In this document: one piece after another, positions 1 through 8,983 of the stretch
Numbering within the stretch: the stretch's first letter is position 1
Layout of the letters: each line of letters opens with the position of its first letter
NCBI GenBank assembly: GCA_027451865.1
Contig: DAIDHW010000003.1
Location: 6,891-70,890 of the forward strand
Direction of reading: 5' to 3'
DNA: 64,000 bases
DNA from: Leptolyngbyaceae cyanobacterium clean351
GTDB taxonomy: Bacteria; Cyanobacteriota; Cyanobacteriia; DAIDHW01
The notes under the pieces: model-generated
Told to the model about the DNA's origin: nothing
Database searches by the model: none
Seen by the model: only the letters and a program-made list of their open reading frames with translations
Translations under genes and position numbers: made by a program

Positions 1-987
1 CTAGGGGGGGTGGACCTGCAGATCAATGGGGCTTTGGGGTTAGCCTTTCCAGAACTGGACTGGGACCAGGCAGACCAGCTTACCCGGGTGGCCACCTTTC
101 TCTACCAGCAGGGGGTAGACGCCTTCCTCCCCACCCTGGTCACCGCCCCCGTGCCCAAGATCCATCGGGCCCTAGAGGTCCTCAGTCACCACCGCGGTGG
201 TCCTGGTCAGGCCCAAGTTTTGGGAGCCCACCTAGAGGGTCCGTTTCTCAACCCCGCCAAACGGGGGGCCCACCCCCAGGCCTACCTCTTACCCTTCAAC
301 CAAGACCAGGTGGATTGGCTGCTGGGGAGTTTCGCTGCCCAGGTGCGCCTGATTACCCTAGCTCCAGAGTTGGATTCCACCCAGACCCTGATTCCCTACC
401 TGCGGCAGCGGGGGATTCTCGTCAGCCTAGGCCACTCCCAGGCCACTGCCCCCCAAGCCACCGCCGCCTTTGACCAGGGGGCGACCCTGGTGACCCATGC
501 CTTTAATGCCATGCCGGGGCTGCACCACCGGGACCCCGGGCTATTGGCAGCGGCAATCCTGGACCCGCGGGTAAGCTGTGGCCTGATCGCCGACGGGCAG
601 CACGTAGACCCCCTGATGGTTAAGCTCCTGCTGCGGGCTAGTACCGGTGACCAGGGGGTGTTTTTAGTCAGTGATGCCCTAGCGCCCCTAGGGTTAGGGG
701 AGGGAGACTACCCCTGGGACCAGCGAGTGGTCCAAGTCCGCCAGGGTACAGCCCGGCTGGGGGATGGGATCCTGGCCGGCACGGTCCTGCCCCTGCTAGC
801 GGGGGTAGAAAACCTCGTGCGCTGGGGGGCCTGTGACGTGGGCACCGCCATTGCCCTGGCCACCGAGGCTCCCCGACGAGCCCTAGGCCTAGGGGGCTTG
901 AGGGTCGGTCAACCGGTAGAGAGGCTGCTGCGCTGGCGGTGGCAACCAGCCCCCCAGACCCTCACCTGGGAGCCCCTCCCCTGGTAA
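1..987 (+). CDS. nagA: N-acetylglucosamine-6-phosphate deacetylase (5'-truncated by window edge)
   Basis: GGVDLQING, HLEGPFL, LAPE, SLGHS and THAFNAM motifs; frame is open back to base 1. Confidence 0.93.
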   Translation, partial: LGGVDLQINGALGLAFPELDWDQADQLTRVATFLYQQGVDAFLPTLVTAPVPKIHRALEVLSHHRGGPGQAQVLGAHLEGPFLNPAKRGAHPQAYLLPFNQDQVDWLLGSFAAQVRLITLAPELDSTQTLIPYLRQRGILVSLGHSQATAPQATAAFDQGATLVTHAFNAMPGLHHRDPGLLAAAILDPRVSCGLIADGQHVDPLMVKLLLRASTGDQGVFLVSDALAPLGLGEGDYPWDQRVVQVRQGTARLGDGILAGTVLPLLAGVENLVRWGACDVGTAIALATEAPRRALGLGGLRVGQPVERLLRWRWQPAPQTLTWEPLPW

Positions 988-1039
988 TCTAGCCGCCGAC
1001 CAGCCTATACTCGAAAAAAATTCTCTGTGCAGCGGGCTT

Positions 1040-1459
1040 GTGACCCCACCCCTAGCACCCCTTGAGGGAGCGAACTATTACCAGATCCTCGGCTTGGCCC
1101 CCAGTGCTGCCCCAGGGGAGATTCGGGCCGCCTACTGGCGCCTGTGCAAGGTCTACCATCCGGACATCACCGATCTACCGGCGGCGGTAGCCGTGACCAG
1201 GTTCCAGCAGGTGCGCGAGGCCTACACCACCCTAATCGACCCCCGGGCCCGGCAGGCCTATGACTGCCTCCTTAAATCTGGGCAGCCTCCGGGGCCGCCG
1301 GTAGCCCCCGTCTCGGTGGCCCTGGACCCCCTGGACCCCAAGGACCGCCCCCTCTCAGCTGGGGAGGTGTTTGCCCTGTTAATCCTCGGATTAACCTTTT
1401 TGGCTTGCCTGGCCCTGGCGGTGATTCTGGGGTTTCTGGAAAGCCCCGTCACCGCCTAG
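1040..1459 (+). CDS. J-domain (DnaJ-like) membrane protein
   Basis: NYYQILG...YHPD J-domain followed by a C-terminal hydrophobic helix. Confidence 0.85.
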   Translation: MTPPLAPLEGANYYQILGLAPSAAPGEIRAAYWRLCKVYHPDITDLPAAVAVTRFQQVREAYTTLIDPRARQAYDCLLKSGQPPGPPVAPVSVALDPLDPKDRPLSAGEVFALLILGLTFLACLALAVILGFLESPVTA

Positions 1460-2029
1460 CTGGGCCCACCGCCATAGCTGGCGCACCTGGGGGGGGGATA
1501 GCTCTTGCCACTCCCCCAGCTCGAGGGGCTTGAGGGTGAAGGGCCCTAGGGCCACCCGGATTAGGCGCAGGGTAGGATGGCCTACCGCGGCCGTCATCCG
1601 TCGGACCTGGCGGTTGCGTCCCTCCGTCAGCCCCAAGGCTAGCCAGGTGGTGGGGATGTGGAGGCGGTGACGGACCGGCGGGTGGCGGGGCCCCACGGGT
1701 GGGGACGGCTCTAGCACCTGGACCTGGGCTGGGCGGGTGCGGTAGTCCCGGACCACTACTCCCCGGCGCAACTGCTCTAGGGCTTGGTATCCGGGCTCCC
1801 CCTCCACCTGCACCCAGTAGGTACGCTGGTGACCAAACTTGGGGTCTGTCAACCGGTGCTGCAGGGGGCCATCGTCAGTTAAAAGTACCAGGCCTTCGCT
1901 ATCTCGGTCCAGGCGGCCGACCGGGTAGACTCCCCCTAGGGGAATGTAGTCCCCCAGGGTGGGAGTACCGGGGCTCGGGGAGAACTGACACAGGACATCG
2001 TAGGGTTTATGGAAAAGCAGGTAGCGCAC
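1391..2029 (-). CDS. rRNA pseudouridine synthase (RsuA/RluE family)
   Basis: FHKPY, VGRLDRDSEGL and EGRNRQVRRM motifs; likely GTG start at 2029 overlaps the upstream TAG (TAGTG). Confidence 0.9.
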   Translation of the reverse strand: MRYLLFHKPYDVLCQFSPSPGTPTLGDYIPLGGVYPVGRLDRDSEGLVLLTDDGPLQHRLTDPKFGHQRTYWVQVEGEPGYQALEQLRRGVVVRDYRTRPAQVQVLEPSPPVGPRHPPVRHRLHIPTTWLALGLTEGRNRQVRRMTAAVGHPTLRLIRVALGPFTLKPLELGEWQELSPPQVRQLWRWAQLGGDGAFQKPQNHRQGQASQKG

Positions 2030-3822
2030 TAGGGGTGGACAGGAGGGGCCGGGGGATGGTGAGCCGGGGGATGGAAGTAGGCAGAGTAGATCTTGTGGGC
2101 GATGGGCACCGCCGACACATCCCCGAAGCCGCCTCCCTGAACGATAATAGCCATGGCGATTTGGGGGTCGCTGACGGGGCCAAAACCCACCCACAGGGCG
2201 TTATCTGGTTCCCCCTGGACTTGGGCGGTGCCGGTTTTGCCCGCGGTTAGAGGAATAGAGCCGTCGTTGAGGCTACTGCCCGTGCCCACCTTGACTACCT
2301 CAATCAGGCCCCCCTCAATGGTGCTGAGGGTACTAGGCTTCAGGTGGAGGGGAGTAGGCTGCATGGAGGGGGCGTTATCCTGGTCAAGAAACAGATGGGG
2401 TACTAGGCGCTGGCCCTTGGTGGCGATGACAGCGACCATCTCCGTTAGTTCCAGGGGTGTAGCTAATACTAACCCTTGGCCAATGGACATAGTCACTGTA
2501 TCCCCAATGTACCAGGGCTGATGAAACAAGCGTTCTTTACTGGCGGGGGTGGGAACGTAGCCGTGGCTGGCGTCGTCCAGGTCCATGTTCCAGGTAGTGC
2601 CAATTCCCAGTTTCTTAGCCCAGTAGGCGATGTTCTCCGGTCCGGTCCGCATGCCTACCTGGTAGAAAAATGAGTTACTGCTGTAGGCGATGGCTTCCCG
2701 AAAGCCGACCAGCCCCAGGTTACCGGCCAGGTCATGGAAGCTGATGCCCCCGATGGTCAGGTAGGGGTGGGTCTCAAGGAGCGAGTCCGGCTGCATGCGC
2801 CCAGACTGGAGGGCGGCGGTGGTGACGGCGATCTTAAAGGTGCTGCCGGGGGGGTAGGGCTGGACGGCACGGTTGAGGAAGGGTTTGTCGCGTCCCTGCA
2901 GCTGCGCCCACTCCCGGTCAGTGATCCGGCGGGTGAACAGGTTGGGGTCGAAGGAGGGGCCGCTAGTCATGGCCAGAATGCCACCGGTCTTGACGTCCAT
3001 GACCACCACCGCTCCCCGCCGTTGGTCTAGGGCCCGCTCCGCCACCTGCTGGATATCCAAGTCCAAGGTCAACTGAACCGTACGACCTGGCTGGGGGGGC
3101 TTGTCTTCAAGGAGTTTTACAGGCTGACCCGCAGCGTCCACTTCTACCAGGTGACTACCCCAGACCCCCTCTAGGGCCTGGTTAGCGATCCGCTCCACCC
3201 CCATACGGCCAATGATAATTCCTATCGGGTAGTTGGGGTGGGCCTTGAGGTCAGCGGCGGTAGCTTCGCTGATGTAGCCAAGGACGTGGGAAGCGAGGTT
3301 GCCGTAGGGGTAGTAACGGCTAAACTCCTGCCGCACATCCAGGCCGGGAATTTCGCTGGTGTACTCCTCAAGGGCCACAAAGGCTGCCGGTTCTAGGGTA
3401 CCGCTAACCCGCACCGGCACGGCCGAGTTGTAGCCGGCCTCCTGGAGTTTGGCAAGAATATCGGCACTGGATACCCCAATCACCGGGGCTAGTTGGGCAG
3501 CGGTAGACCGCCACTGGGCTGGGGTCTGCTGCCGGGGCCACAGGTAGAGGGAATGGGTCAGGCGGTTCCCCGCTAGCAGCCGGCCATAGCGGTCAACAAT
3601 CTTACCGCGCTCCGAGGGGATAGGCACCGGCCGAATGCTATTGTCCTCGGCGAGGTGCCGATTATGCACCCCCTCCACCAGCTGCAGTTGAGCTAGACGG
3701 ACTACACAGGCTAGAAGCAGAAGCGTGACAATTGCCATCAAAACCACCGCCCGGTAGGTTTGGGCGGGGCGATGGAGGGCATCTCCATCCTTCACCGGGG
3801 AGGAAATCAGCCGCTGGGCCAT
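2029..3822 (-). CDS. mrdA: Penicillin-binding protein 2 (class B transpeptidase)
   Basis: N-terminal TM helix, RGKIVDR, PGSTFK (SxxK), SSN (SxN) and KTGT; ATG 3822 chosen as start. Confidence 0.9.
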   Translation of the reverse strand: MAQRLISSPVKDGDALHRPAQTYRAVVLMAIVTLLLLACVVRLAQLQLVEGVHNRHLAEDNSIRPVPIPSERGKIVDRYGRLLAGNRLTHSLYLWPRQQTPAQWRSTAAQLAPVIGVSSADILAKLQEAGYNSAVPVRVSGTLEPAAFVALEEYTSEIPGLDVRQEFSRYYPYGNLASHVLGYISEATAADLKAHPNYPIGIIIGRMGVERIANQALEGVWGSHLVEVDAAGQPVKLLEDKPPQPGRTVQLTLDLDIQQVAERALDQRRGAVVVMDVKTGGILAMTSGPSFDPNLFTRRITDREWAQLQGRDKPFLNRAVQPYPPGSTFKIAVTTAALQSGRMQPDSLLETHPYLTIGGISFHDLAGNLGLVGFREAIAYSSNSFFYQVGMRTGPENIAYWAKKLGIGTTWNMDLDDASHGYVPTPASKERLFHQPWYIGDTVTMSIGQGLVLATPLELTEMVAVIATKGQRLVPHLFLDQDNAPSMQPTPLHLKPSTLSTIEGGLIEVVKVGTGSSLNDGSIPLTAGKTGTAQVQGEPDNALWVGFGPVSDPQIAMAIIVQGGGFGDVSAVPIAHKIYSAYFHPPAHHPPAPPVHP

Positions 3823-3931
3823 GGGAATTCCTAACGAGAGACCTAGCCATTCCAGTTTAGGATGGGCGTCGGTTTTGTGGGAATATAAAAACACCCTGGC
3901 CAGTGACTGCCTTTCCCCTTGCTACCTTGAT

Positions 3932-4165
3932 ATGGATGAATTATTTCCTGTGCACACCCGCGTCCGGGTGAAAAAGTCTGTTTTGGTCTACCATCATCCA
4001 GACCATCGCAACCAGCCTTTTGAGCTCCTAGGGCAGGTGGGGGAAGTGGAGGCAGTGATCCGGGATTGGCACGGGCGGCCAGTGAGCGCCAATCTCCCCT
4101 ACTTAGTAAAATTTGGGCCCAAGTTTAAGGCCCACCTGGAGGCCAGTGAGCTAGAGCGAGCCTAG
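3932..4165 (+). CDS. ftrV: Ferredoxin-thioredoxin reductase variable chain
   Basis: RVRVKKSVLVYHHP...W.GRPVSANLPYLVKF...FKAHL signature; ATG at 3932. Confidence 0.9.
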   Translation: MDELFPVHTRVRVKKSVLVYHHPDHRNQPFELLGQVGEVEAVIRDWHGRPVSANLPYLVKFGPKFKAHLEASELERA

Positions 4166-5319
4166 GCCAGCTGGGGGGCAAATAGGTCCGCCCCAAATAG
4201 CTCCGTTAACACCGTGTTGGAAAACAGAAACCCCTCCGGGTCCCGCAGGCGAATGCGGTCAGGGGGCAAGAGTTCTAGCCACTGGGGATAGCGCTGGCGC
4301 ACCCGGTGCAGATGCTCAAGGACCGGGGCCGGCAGTTGGCCGAGGGTGAGGCCTTCCCTGAGACGCAGCCCCAGCATCAAGGTGTCCATCACCTGCTCGA
4401 GGGGCTCAGTGACTGGGGCCGTCTGGGGGGCTCCTGCCAGCACCCAGTCCCGGTAGCCGTTGACCGTGCGGGGTCGGGCTTGGCGGCGGCCTTGGAGGTA
4501 ACTGGTAGCCCCCATGCCAAAACCGTAGAAGGGGCGGTTTTCCCAGTAGACGCGATTATGGCGGCACTGGTAACCGGGGCGGGCGTAGTTGGAGACCTCG
4601 TAGTGTTCAAACCCCACTGCCCGGATTGTCTCACTGGCCAGACGATACATGTCCGCGGCGGTTTGGTCAGGGGGCAATGGGGCTACCCCAGCCTGGTAAC
4701 GGCGGCTGAAGGCGGTGCCGGGCTCTAGGCTCAGGTCGTAGGTGGAAAGGTGGGCGGGGGCCAGGGCGAGAGCTGCCCGGAGGGTACGGCGCCACTGGGG
4801 GAGGGTCTGGTGAGGCAGGCCCGACATTAGGTCTAGGTTGACGTTAGGGCAGCCTCCCCGCTCTAGGAGCTCCCGGGCGGTGTAGATATCTGCCACCGTG
4901 TGGGTGCGCCCTAGCAGCTGCAGCAGTTGCGGCTCGAAGGACTGGGCTCCCAAGCTGACCCGATTTACCCCTAGGGCCACTAGAGCCCGCACCTGGGCGG
5001 CACTGAAGGTACCCGGGTCCATCTCGAGGGAAATCTCTGCCCCCTTAGCCAAACCGCAGCGCCGGTCTAGGGCGGCAAGGATCTGCCCTACCTGCTCCGG
5101 GGTCAGCAGGGAGGGAGTGCCGCCGCCGAAAAACACCGTTTCCAGGGGAGGGCCACTAGTGAGGTTGATTTCCTGCTCTAGGAGGGTCACGTACAAGGCC
5201 ACGGTGCCGGAGTTTTCCCCCCGCAGGTAGTCCCCGAGCACTGAGACCGGGAAGTCACAGTAGTAGCAGCGGCGCCGGCAGAAGGGGATGTGGACGTAGG
5301 CTGACCGGGGTAGTTCCAT
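4162..5319 (-). CDS. hemW: Radical SAM heme chaperone HemW (HemN-like)
   Basis: YVHIPFCRRRCYYCDF, FFGGGTPS, HYEVSNYA and CRHNRVYW. Confidence 0.9.
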   Translation of the reverse strand: MELPRSAYVHIPFCRRRCYYCDFPVSVLGDYLRGENSGTVALYVTLLEQEINLTSGPPLETVFFGGGTPSLLTPEQVGQILAALDRRCGLAKGAEISLEMDPGTFSAAQVRALVALGVNRVSLGAQSFEPQLLQLLGRTHTVADIYTARELLERGGCPNVNLDLMSGLPHQTLPQWRRTLRAALALAPAHLSTYDLSLEPGTAFSRRYQAGVAPLPPDQTAADMYRLASETIRAVGFEHYEVSNYARPGYQCRHNRVYWENRPFYGFGMGATSYLQGRRQARPRTVNGYRDWVLAGAPQTAPVTEPLEQVMDTLMLGLRLREGLTLGQLPAPVLEHLHRVRQRYPQWLELLPPDRIRLRDPEGFLFSNTVLTELFGADLFAPQLA

Positions 5320-5411
5320 GGCGGCTCCCCCAACCGTTGATGTAGTAGGATCTGGAGATATATCTATGTTCCCGGACCGGGCACCAAAGTAACCCTGGGA
5401 GGTGTACCCCG

Positions 5412-6491
5412 ATGCTAGATGCCATTATCATCATTTCCTTTATCCTAGCGACAGGGGGAATAAGCTACCACGGCGTCGAACTGCTACCGCCGGCCATGAC
5501 CGACCAAGTGACCAATCTCCAAGCCCTGCGCTGGGTGATGGCCGGGTTCGGCAGCCTCGTAGGTATGGCCATCGGTCTGAGCGCCCAGGGGGCCTACCGA
5601 CGGGTGGAGGCGCAAATCAAGAAAATGCCCGCCGACATGCTCCTGAGTCGGGCCGTGGGGCTAGTGATCGGGCTGCTAGTGGCAAACCTCATGCTAGCGC
5701 CCTTGTTTTTGGTGCCGGTCCCCCCGGAATTCGGGTTTGTCAAACCCCTGACGGCGGTTCTGGGTAGTCTCCTATTTGCCTTTTCCGGGGTGACCCTAGC
5801 CGACAGCCAGGGCCGGGCGCTGCTGCGTCTCATTAGTCCCCAGAGTGTAGAGGCTCTCCTGGTGGCCGAAGGGACTCTGCAGCCGAGTGCTACTAAGGTC
5901 CTGGACACCAGTGCCATTATTGATGGCCGCATCCAGGCCCTGTTAGATACGGGGTTTTTAGAGGGGCAAATCCTCGTCCCCCAGTTTGTCCTTACCGAGC
6001 TGCAGCAGGTGGCCGACGCCGCCAACGACCAGAAGCGAGCCCGCGGCCGGCGGGGGCTTGACGTCCTCAAGCGCATCCAGAACGCCTACCCCGACCGGAT
6101 CTTGATCCATCCAGCCGACTACGACGACATCAACACTGTAGACGGGAAGTTAGTCCGTCTGGCCCAGGAGATCAACGGCACTCTATTTACCAACGACTAC
6201 AACCTCAACAAGGTAGCTAGTCTCCAGAAGGTGCGGGTCCTCAATGTCAACGACCTAGCCCAATCCATGCGGCCGGTTTATCTGCCTGGGGATAGTTTAG
6301 ACCTGAGGATTCTCCGGGAAGGCAAGGAGCCGAGCCAAGGGGTAGGGTACCTAGAGGACGGCACCATGGTCGTAGTGGAGGAGGGACGCAGCCACATCGG
6401 CGGCGAGCTGCAGGTGGTGGTGACTAGCTCGCTGCAAACCGCCGCCGGGCGGATGATCTTTGCCCGGCCCAAGTCTACCCTGGTGGCCTAG
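5412..6491 (+). CDS. PIN/TRAM domain membrane protein (YacL-like)
   Basis: N-terminal TM helices; [14 protein letters not shown] domain; [15 protein letters not shown]...[14 protein letters not shown] domain. Confidence 0.92.
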   Translation: MLDAIIIISFILATGGISYHGVELLPPAMTDQVTNLQALRWVMAGFGSLVGMAIGLSAQGAYRRVEAQIKKMPADMLLSRAVGLVIGLLVANLMLAPLFLVPVPPEFGFVKPLTAVLGSLLFAFSGVTLADSQGRALLRLISPQSVEALLVAEGTLQPSATKVLDTSAIIDGRIQALLDTGFLEGQILVPQFVLTELQQVADAANDQKRARGRRGLDVLKRIQNAYPDRILIHPADYDDINTVDGKLVRLAQEINGTLFTNDYNLNKVASLQKVRVLNVNDLAQSMRPVYLPGDSLDLRILREGKEPSQGVGYLEDGTMVVVEEGRSHIGGELQVVVTSSLQTAAGRMIFARPKSTLVA

Positions 6492-6493
6492 CT

Positions 6494-7498
6494 ATGGCCC
6501 GGGTGCTGGTGACAGGGGCGGCCGGGTTTATCGGCTTCCACTTGGCTCGCCGCCTTTTGGGCCGGGGGGACCAGGTGGGGGGCCTTGACAACCTCAACCC
6601 CTACTACGACCCGGCTCTGAAGCGCTCCCGGCTAGAGCAGCTGTTGGCCCAGCCCGGGTTCACCTTCTACCCCCTGGACCTGGCGGACCGGGCTGCTCTG
6701 GCGGACCTGTTTGCCCAGGGGAGCTGGGAAGTGGTAGTTAATCTAGCTGCTCAGGCGGGGGTACGCCACTCCCTCACCAATCCCTACGCCTACGTAGACA
6801 GCAATCTTGTCGGCTTTACCCACATCCTGGAGGGCTGCCGCCACGGCGGAGTTAAGCACTTGGTGTTTGCCTCCTCAAGTTCAGTGTACGGGGCTAACAC
6901 CCAGTTTCCCTTCTCGGTGCGGCAGAACGTCGACCATCCCTTGAGTCTCTACGCCGCCACCAAGAAGGCTAACGAGCTGATGGCCCACACTTACGCCCAC
7001 CTGTACGGTCTGCCCACCACCGGGCTGCGGTTTTTCACCGTTTATGGTCCCTGGGGCCGGCCGGACATGGCCCTATTTCTTTTTACCCGTTCAATCCTGC
7101 AGGGGCAGCCGATTCAGGTATTCAACTACGGCCAGATGAAGCGGGATTTCACTTACATTGACGACATTATCGAAGGAGTAGTGCGGGTCATAGACCACAT
7201 TCCCCAGGGCCTAGGCCCCGCTGCCCCCCTAGAGCCCGGCACCAGCCATGCCCCGTACCGAATCTACAACATTGGCAATAACCAACCGGTAGAACTCCTG
7301 GAATTTATCCAGGTCCTAGAGCACGCCCTAGGCCAGGTGGCCCTTAAGGAGTTCCTGCCCATGCAGCCGGGGGATGTGCCCGCCACCTATGCCGATGTGA
7401 CAGACCTAGAGCAGGCGGTGGGTTTCAGACCGAGTACCCCCATCACTGTGGGTATCCCCCGGTTCGTGGATTGGTACCGGTCCTACTACGGGGTCTAA
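6494..7498 (+). CDS. NAD-dependent epimerase (UDP-glucuronate 4-epimerase family)
   Basis: [22 protein letters not shown] and [14 protein letters not shown]. Confidence 0.93.
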   Translation: MARVLVTGAAGFIGFHLARRLLGRGDQVGGLDNLNPYYDPALKRSRLEQLLAQPGFTFYPLDLADRAALADLFAQGSWEVVVNLAAQAGVRHSLTNPYAYVDSNLVGFTHILEGCRHGGVKHLVFASSSSVYGANTQFPFSVRQNVDHPLSLYAATKKANELMAHTYAHLYGLPTTGLRFFTVYGPWGRPDMALFLFTRSILQGQPIQVFNYGQMKRDFTYIDDIIEGVVRVIDHIPQGLGPAAPLEPGTSHAPYRIYNIGNNQPVELLEFIQVLEHALGQVALKEFLPMQPGDVPATYADVTDLEQAVGFRPSTPITVGIPRFVDWYRSYYGV

Positions 7499-7660
7499 GT
7501 GTAATCACGTGTTTAGCGGTGGGGGTATTCCCTGGGCTAGGAATGGGGAGCGCCCCCAGGGAGGGGAGATAACTAGGGATACTTACGCATAATTACAGAT
7601 TGTCGCCCGGGTAAGTTGAGTGGGTAGGATGGGTACGAGGTTCCAATTGCAGGCAGGGCC

Positions 7661-8974
7661 TTGATGTTCACCCCACTTTTTCCTAGGGGCTTCCCGGCTA
7701 CCCAGCCCCGTCCCGCCCAGATCGCTGGCGGCTACGCCCTGCTAGCGCTGCTATGGCTTGGGTTTGTCAGTCAAAAATCCGGGGGCCAGGGGGGGATGGC
7801 CAACCACTGGTGGTTCTTCTACAGCCTTGGGCACATCATCCTGACCGCTGGCCTCATCTACTTTCTCACCGACCAGGCTCGCCGCCGCCTCAGCCAGCAG
7901 TACTGGTTATTGTTTGACTGCCATCCCCACCCCCTGTTTATCTTCAACCTGCAAACCCTGCGTTTCTTGGCGGTCAATCAGCGGGCCATCGATGCCTACG
8001 GCTACTCCCACAGGGAGTTTTCGCACCTAAGCGTTAAGGACATCGGGCCCCCGGAGGACATGGCCCCCCTGCTCGCCTCCCTCCAGGAGCATCCCGGTTC
8101 CCTCGGGGAAATCAGGCACGAGGGGGTCTGGCGCCATTGTCAAAAAGACGGCACCGTGATCATGGCGGAGACTTCGATCACCCGGATCACCTTTGGCGGC
8201 CGACCAGCCTGGCTGATGCTGGCTCAGGATGTGACGGAGATAAGTAGGCAGCTACAGCAGGCCCTCCAGGAGCGCACCGCCGAACTACAGGAGCGCAACA
8301 GCGACCTAGAGTTTTTTGCCTCCGCTGTCTCCCATAACCTGCGCGCCCCCCTGCGGCACATTTATCAGTTTGGACAACTCCTAGCTCAGCACCTCGGGAC
8401 AACTGACCCGACCGCCAATCACTACCTTCAGGTGATCCAAAAGGGGGCCGAGAAGATGGACAGCCTAACTACAGGATTGTTGGCCTTTTGTCAGCTGGCC
8501 CAGCAGTCCCTCAACTTAGTAGAAATTGACCTTGGTCCCCTAGTGGCCCACTGCATCAAAACTGTCACCGCTAACCTTCCACGACGGCCCATGGCCTTCA
8601 AGGTCGACGAACTACCTAGAGTACTCGCTGACCCGATGCTTCTGGAGGAGGTGTTTACTAACCTAATCTCCAATGGGATCAAGTTTCACCCCCCCGGGGA
8701 GTTAGTGCAGATTCGGATTGGGGTTGTGTCGGGGAAAACTATCTTTGTGGCCGACCGTGGAGTAGGATTCGACCAGGGGCAAGTTGAGCGCCTATTTCAG
8801 CCCTTCAGCCGCCTCCACCCCCAACAAGAATTCCCCGGGCTCGGGATTGGGTTAGCCCTCACCCAAAGGATTATCCAGCGGCATGGGGGCCGGATCTGGG
8901 CTGAGGGCGTGCCTGGCCAAGGGGCGACCTTCTACCTTGACTTACCTGGTCCTGTACCCCCTACCCCCGATTAA
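7661..8974 (+). CDS. Membrane-bound PAS sensor histidine kinase
   Basis: Two TM helices, PAS domain, H-box SHNLRAPL, N-box NLISNGIKF, G-boxes DRGVGF and GLGIGL; start uncertain. Confidence 0.88.
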   Translation: MMFTPLFPRGFPATQPRPAQIAGGYALLALLWLGFVSQKSGGQGGMANHWWFFYSLGHIILTAGLIYFLTDQARRRLSQQYWLLFDCHPHPLFIFNLQTLRFLAVNQRAIDAYGYSHREFSHLSVKDIGPPEDMAPLLASLQEHPGSLGEIRHEGVWRHCQKDGTVIMAETSITRITFGGRPAWLMLAQDVTEISRQLQQALQERTAELQERNSDLEFFASAVSHNLRAPLRHIYQFGQLLAQHLGTTDPTANHYLQVIQKGAEKMDSLTTGLLAFCQLAQQSLNLVEIDLGPLVAHCIKTVTANLPRRPMAFKVDELPRVLADPMLLEEVFTNLISNGIKFHPPGELVQIRIGVVSGKTIFVADRGVGFDQGQVERLFQPFSRLHPQQEFPGLGIGLALTQRIIQRHGGRIWAEGVPGQGATFYLDLPGPVPPTPD

Positions 8975-8983
8975 AAAGCAATC

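Noticed and set aside
1391-1459. 69-bp antisense overlap between the J-domain gene and the pseudouridine synthase
   Set aside because: Probably a non-conserved C-terminal extension in a compact genome; no further signal.
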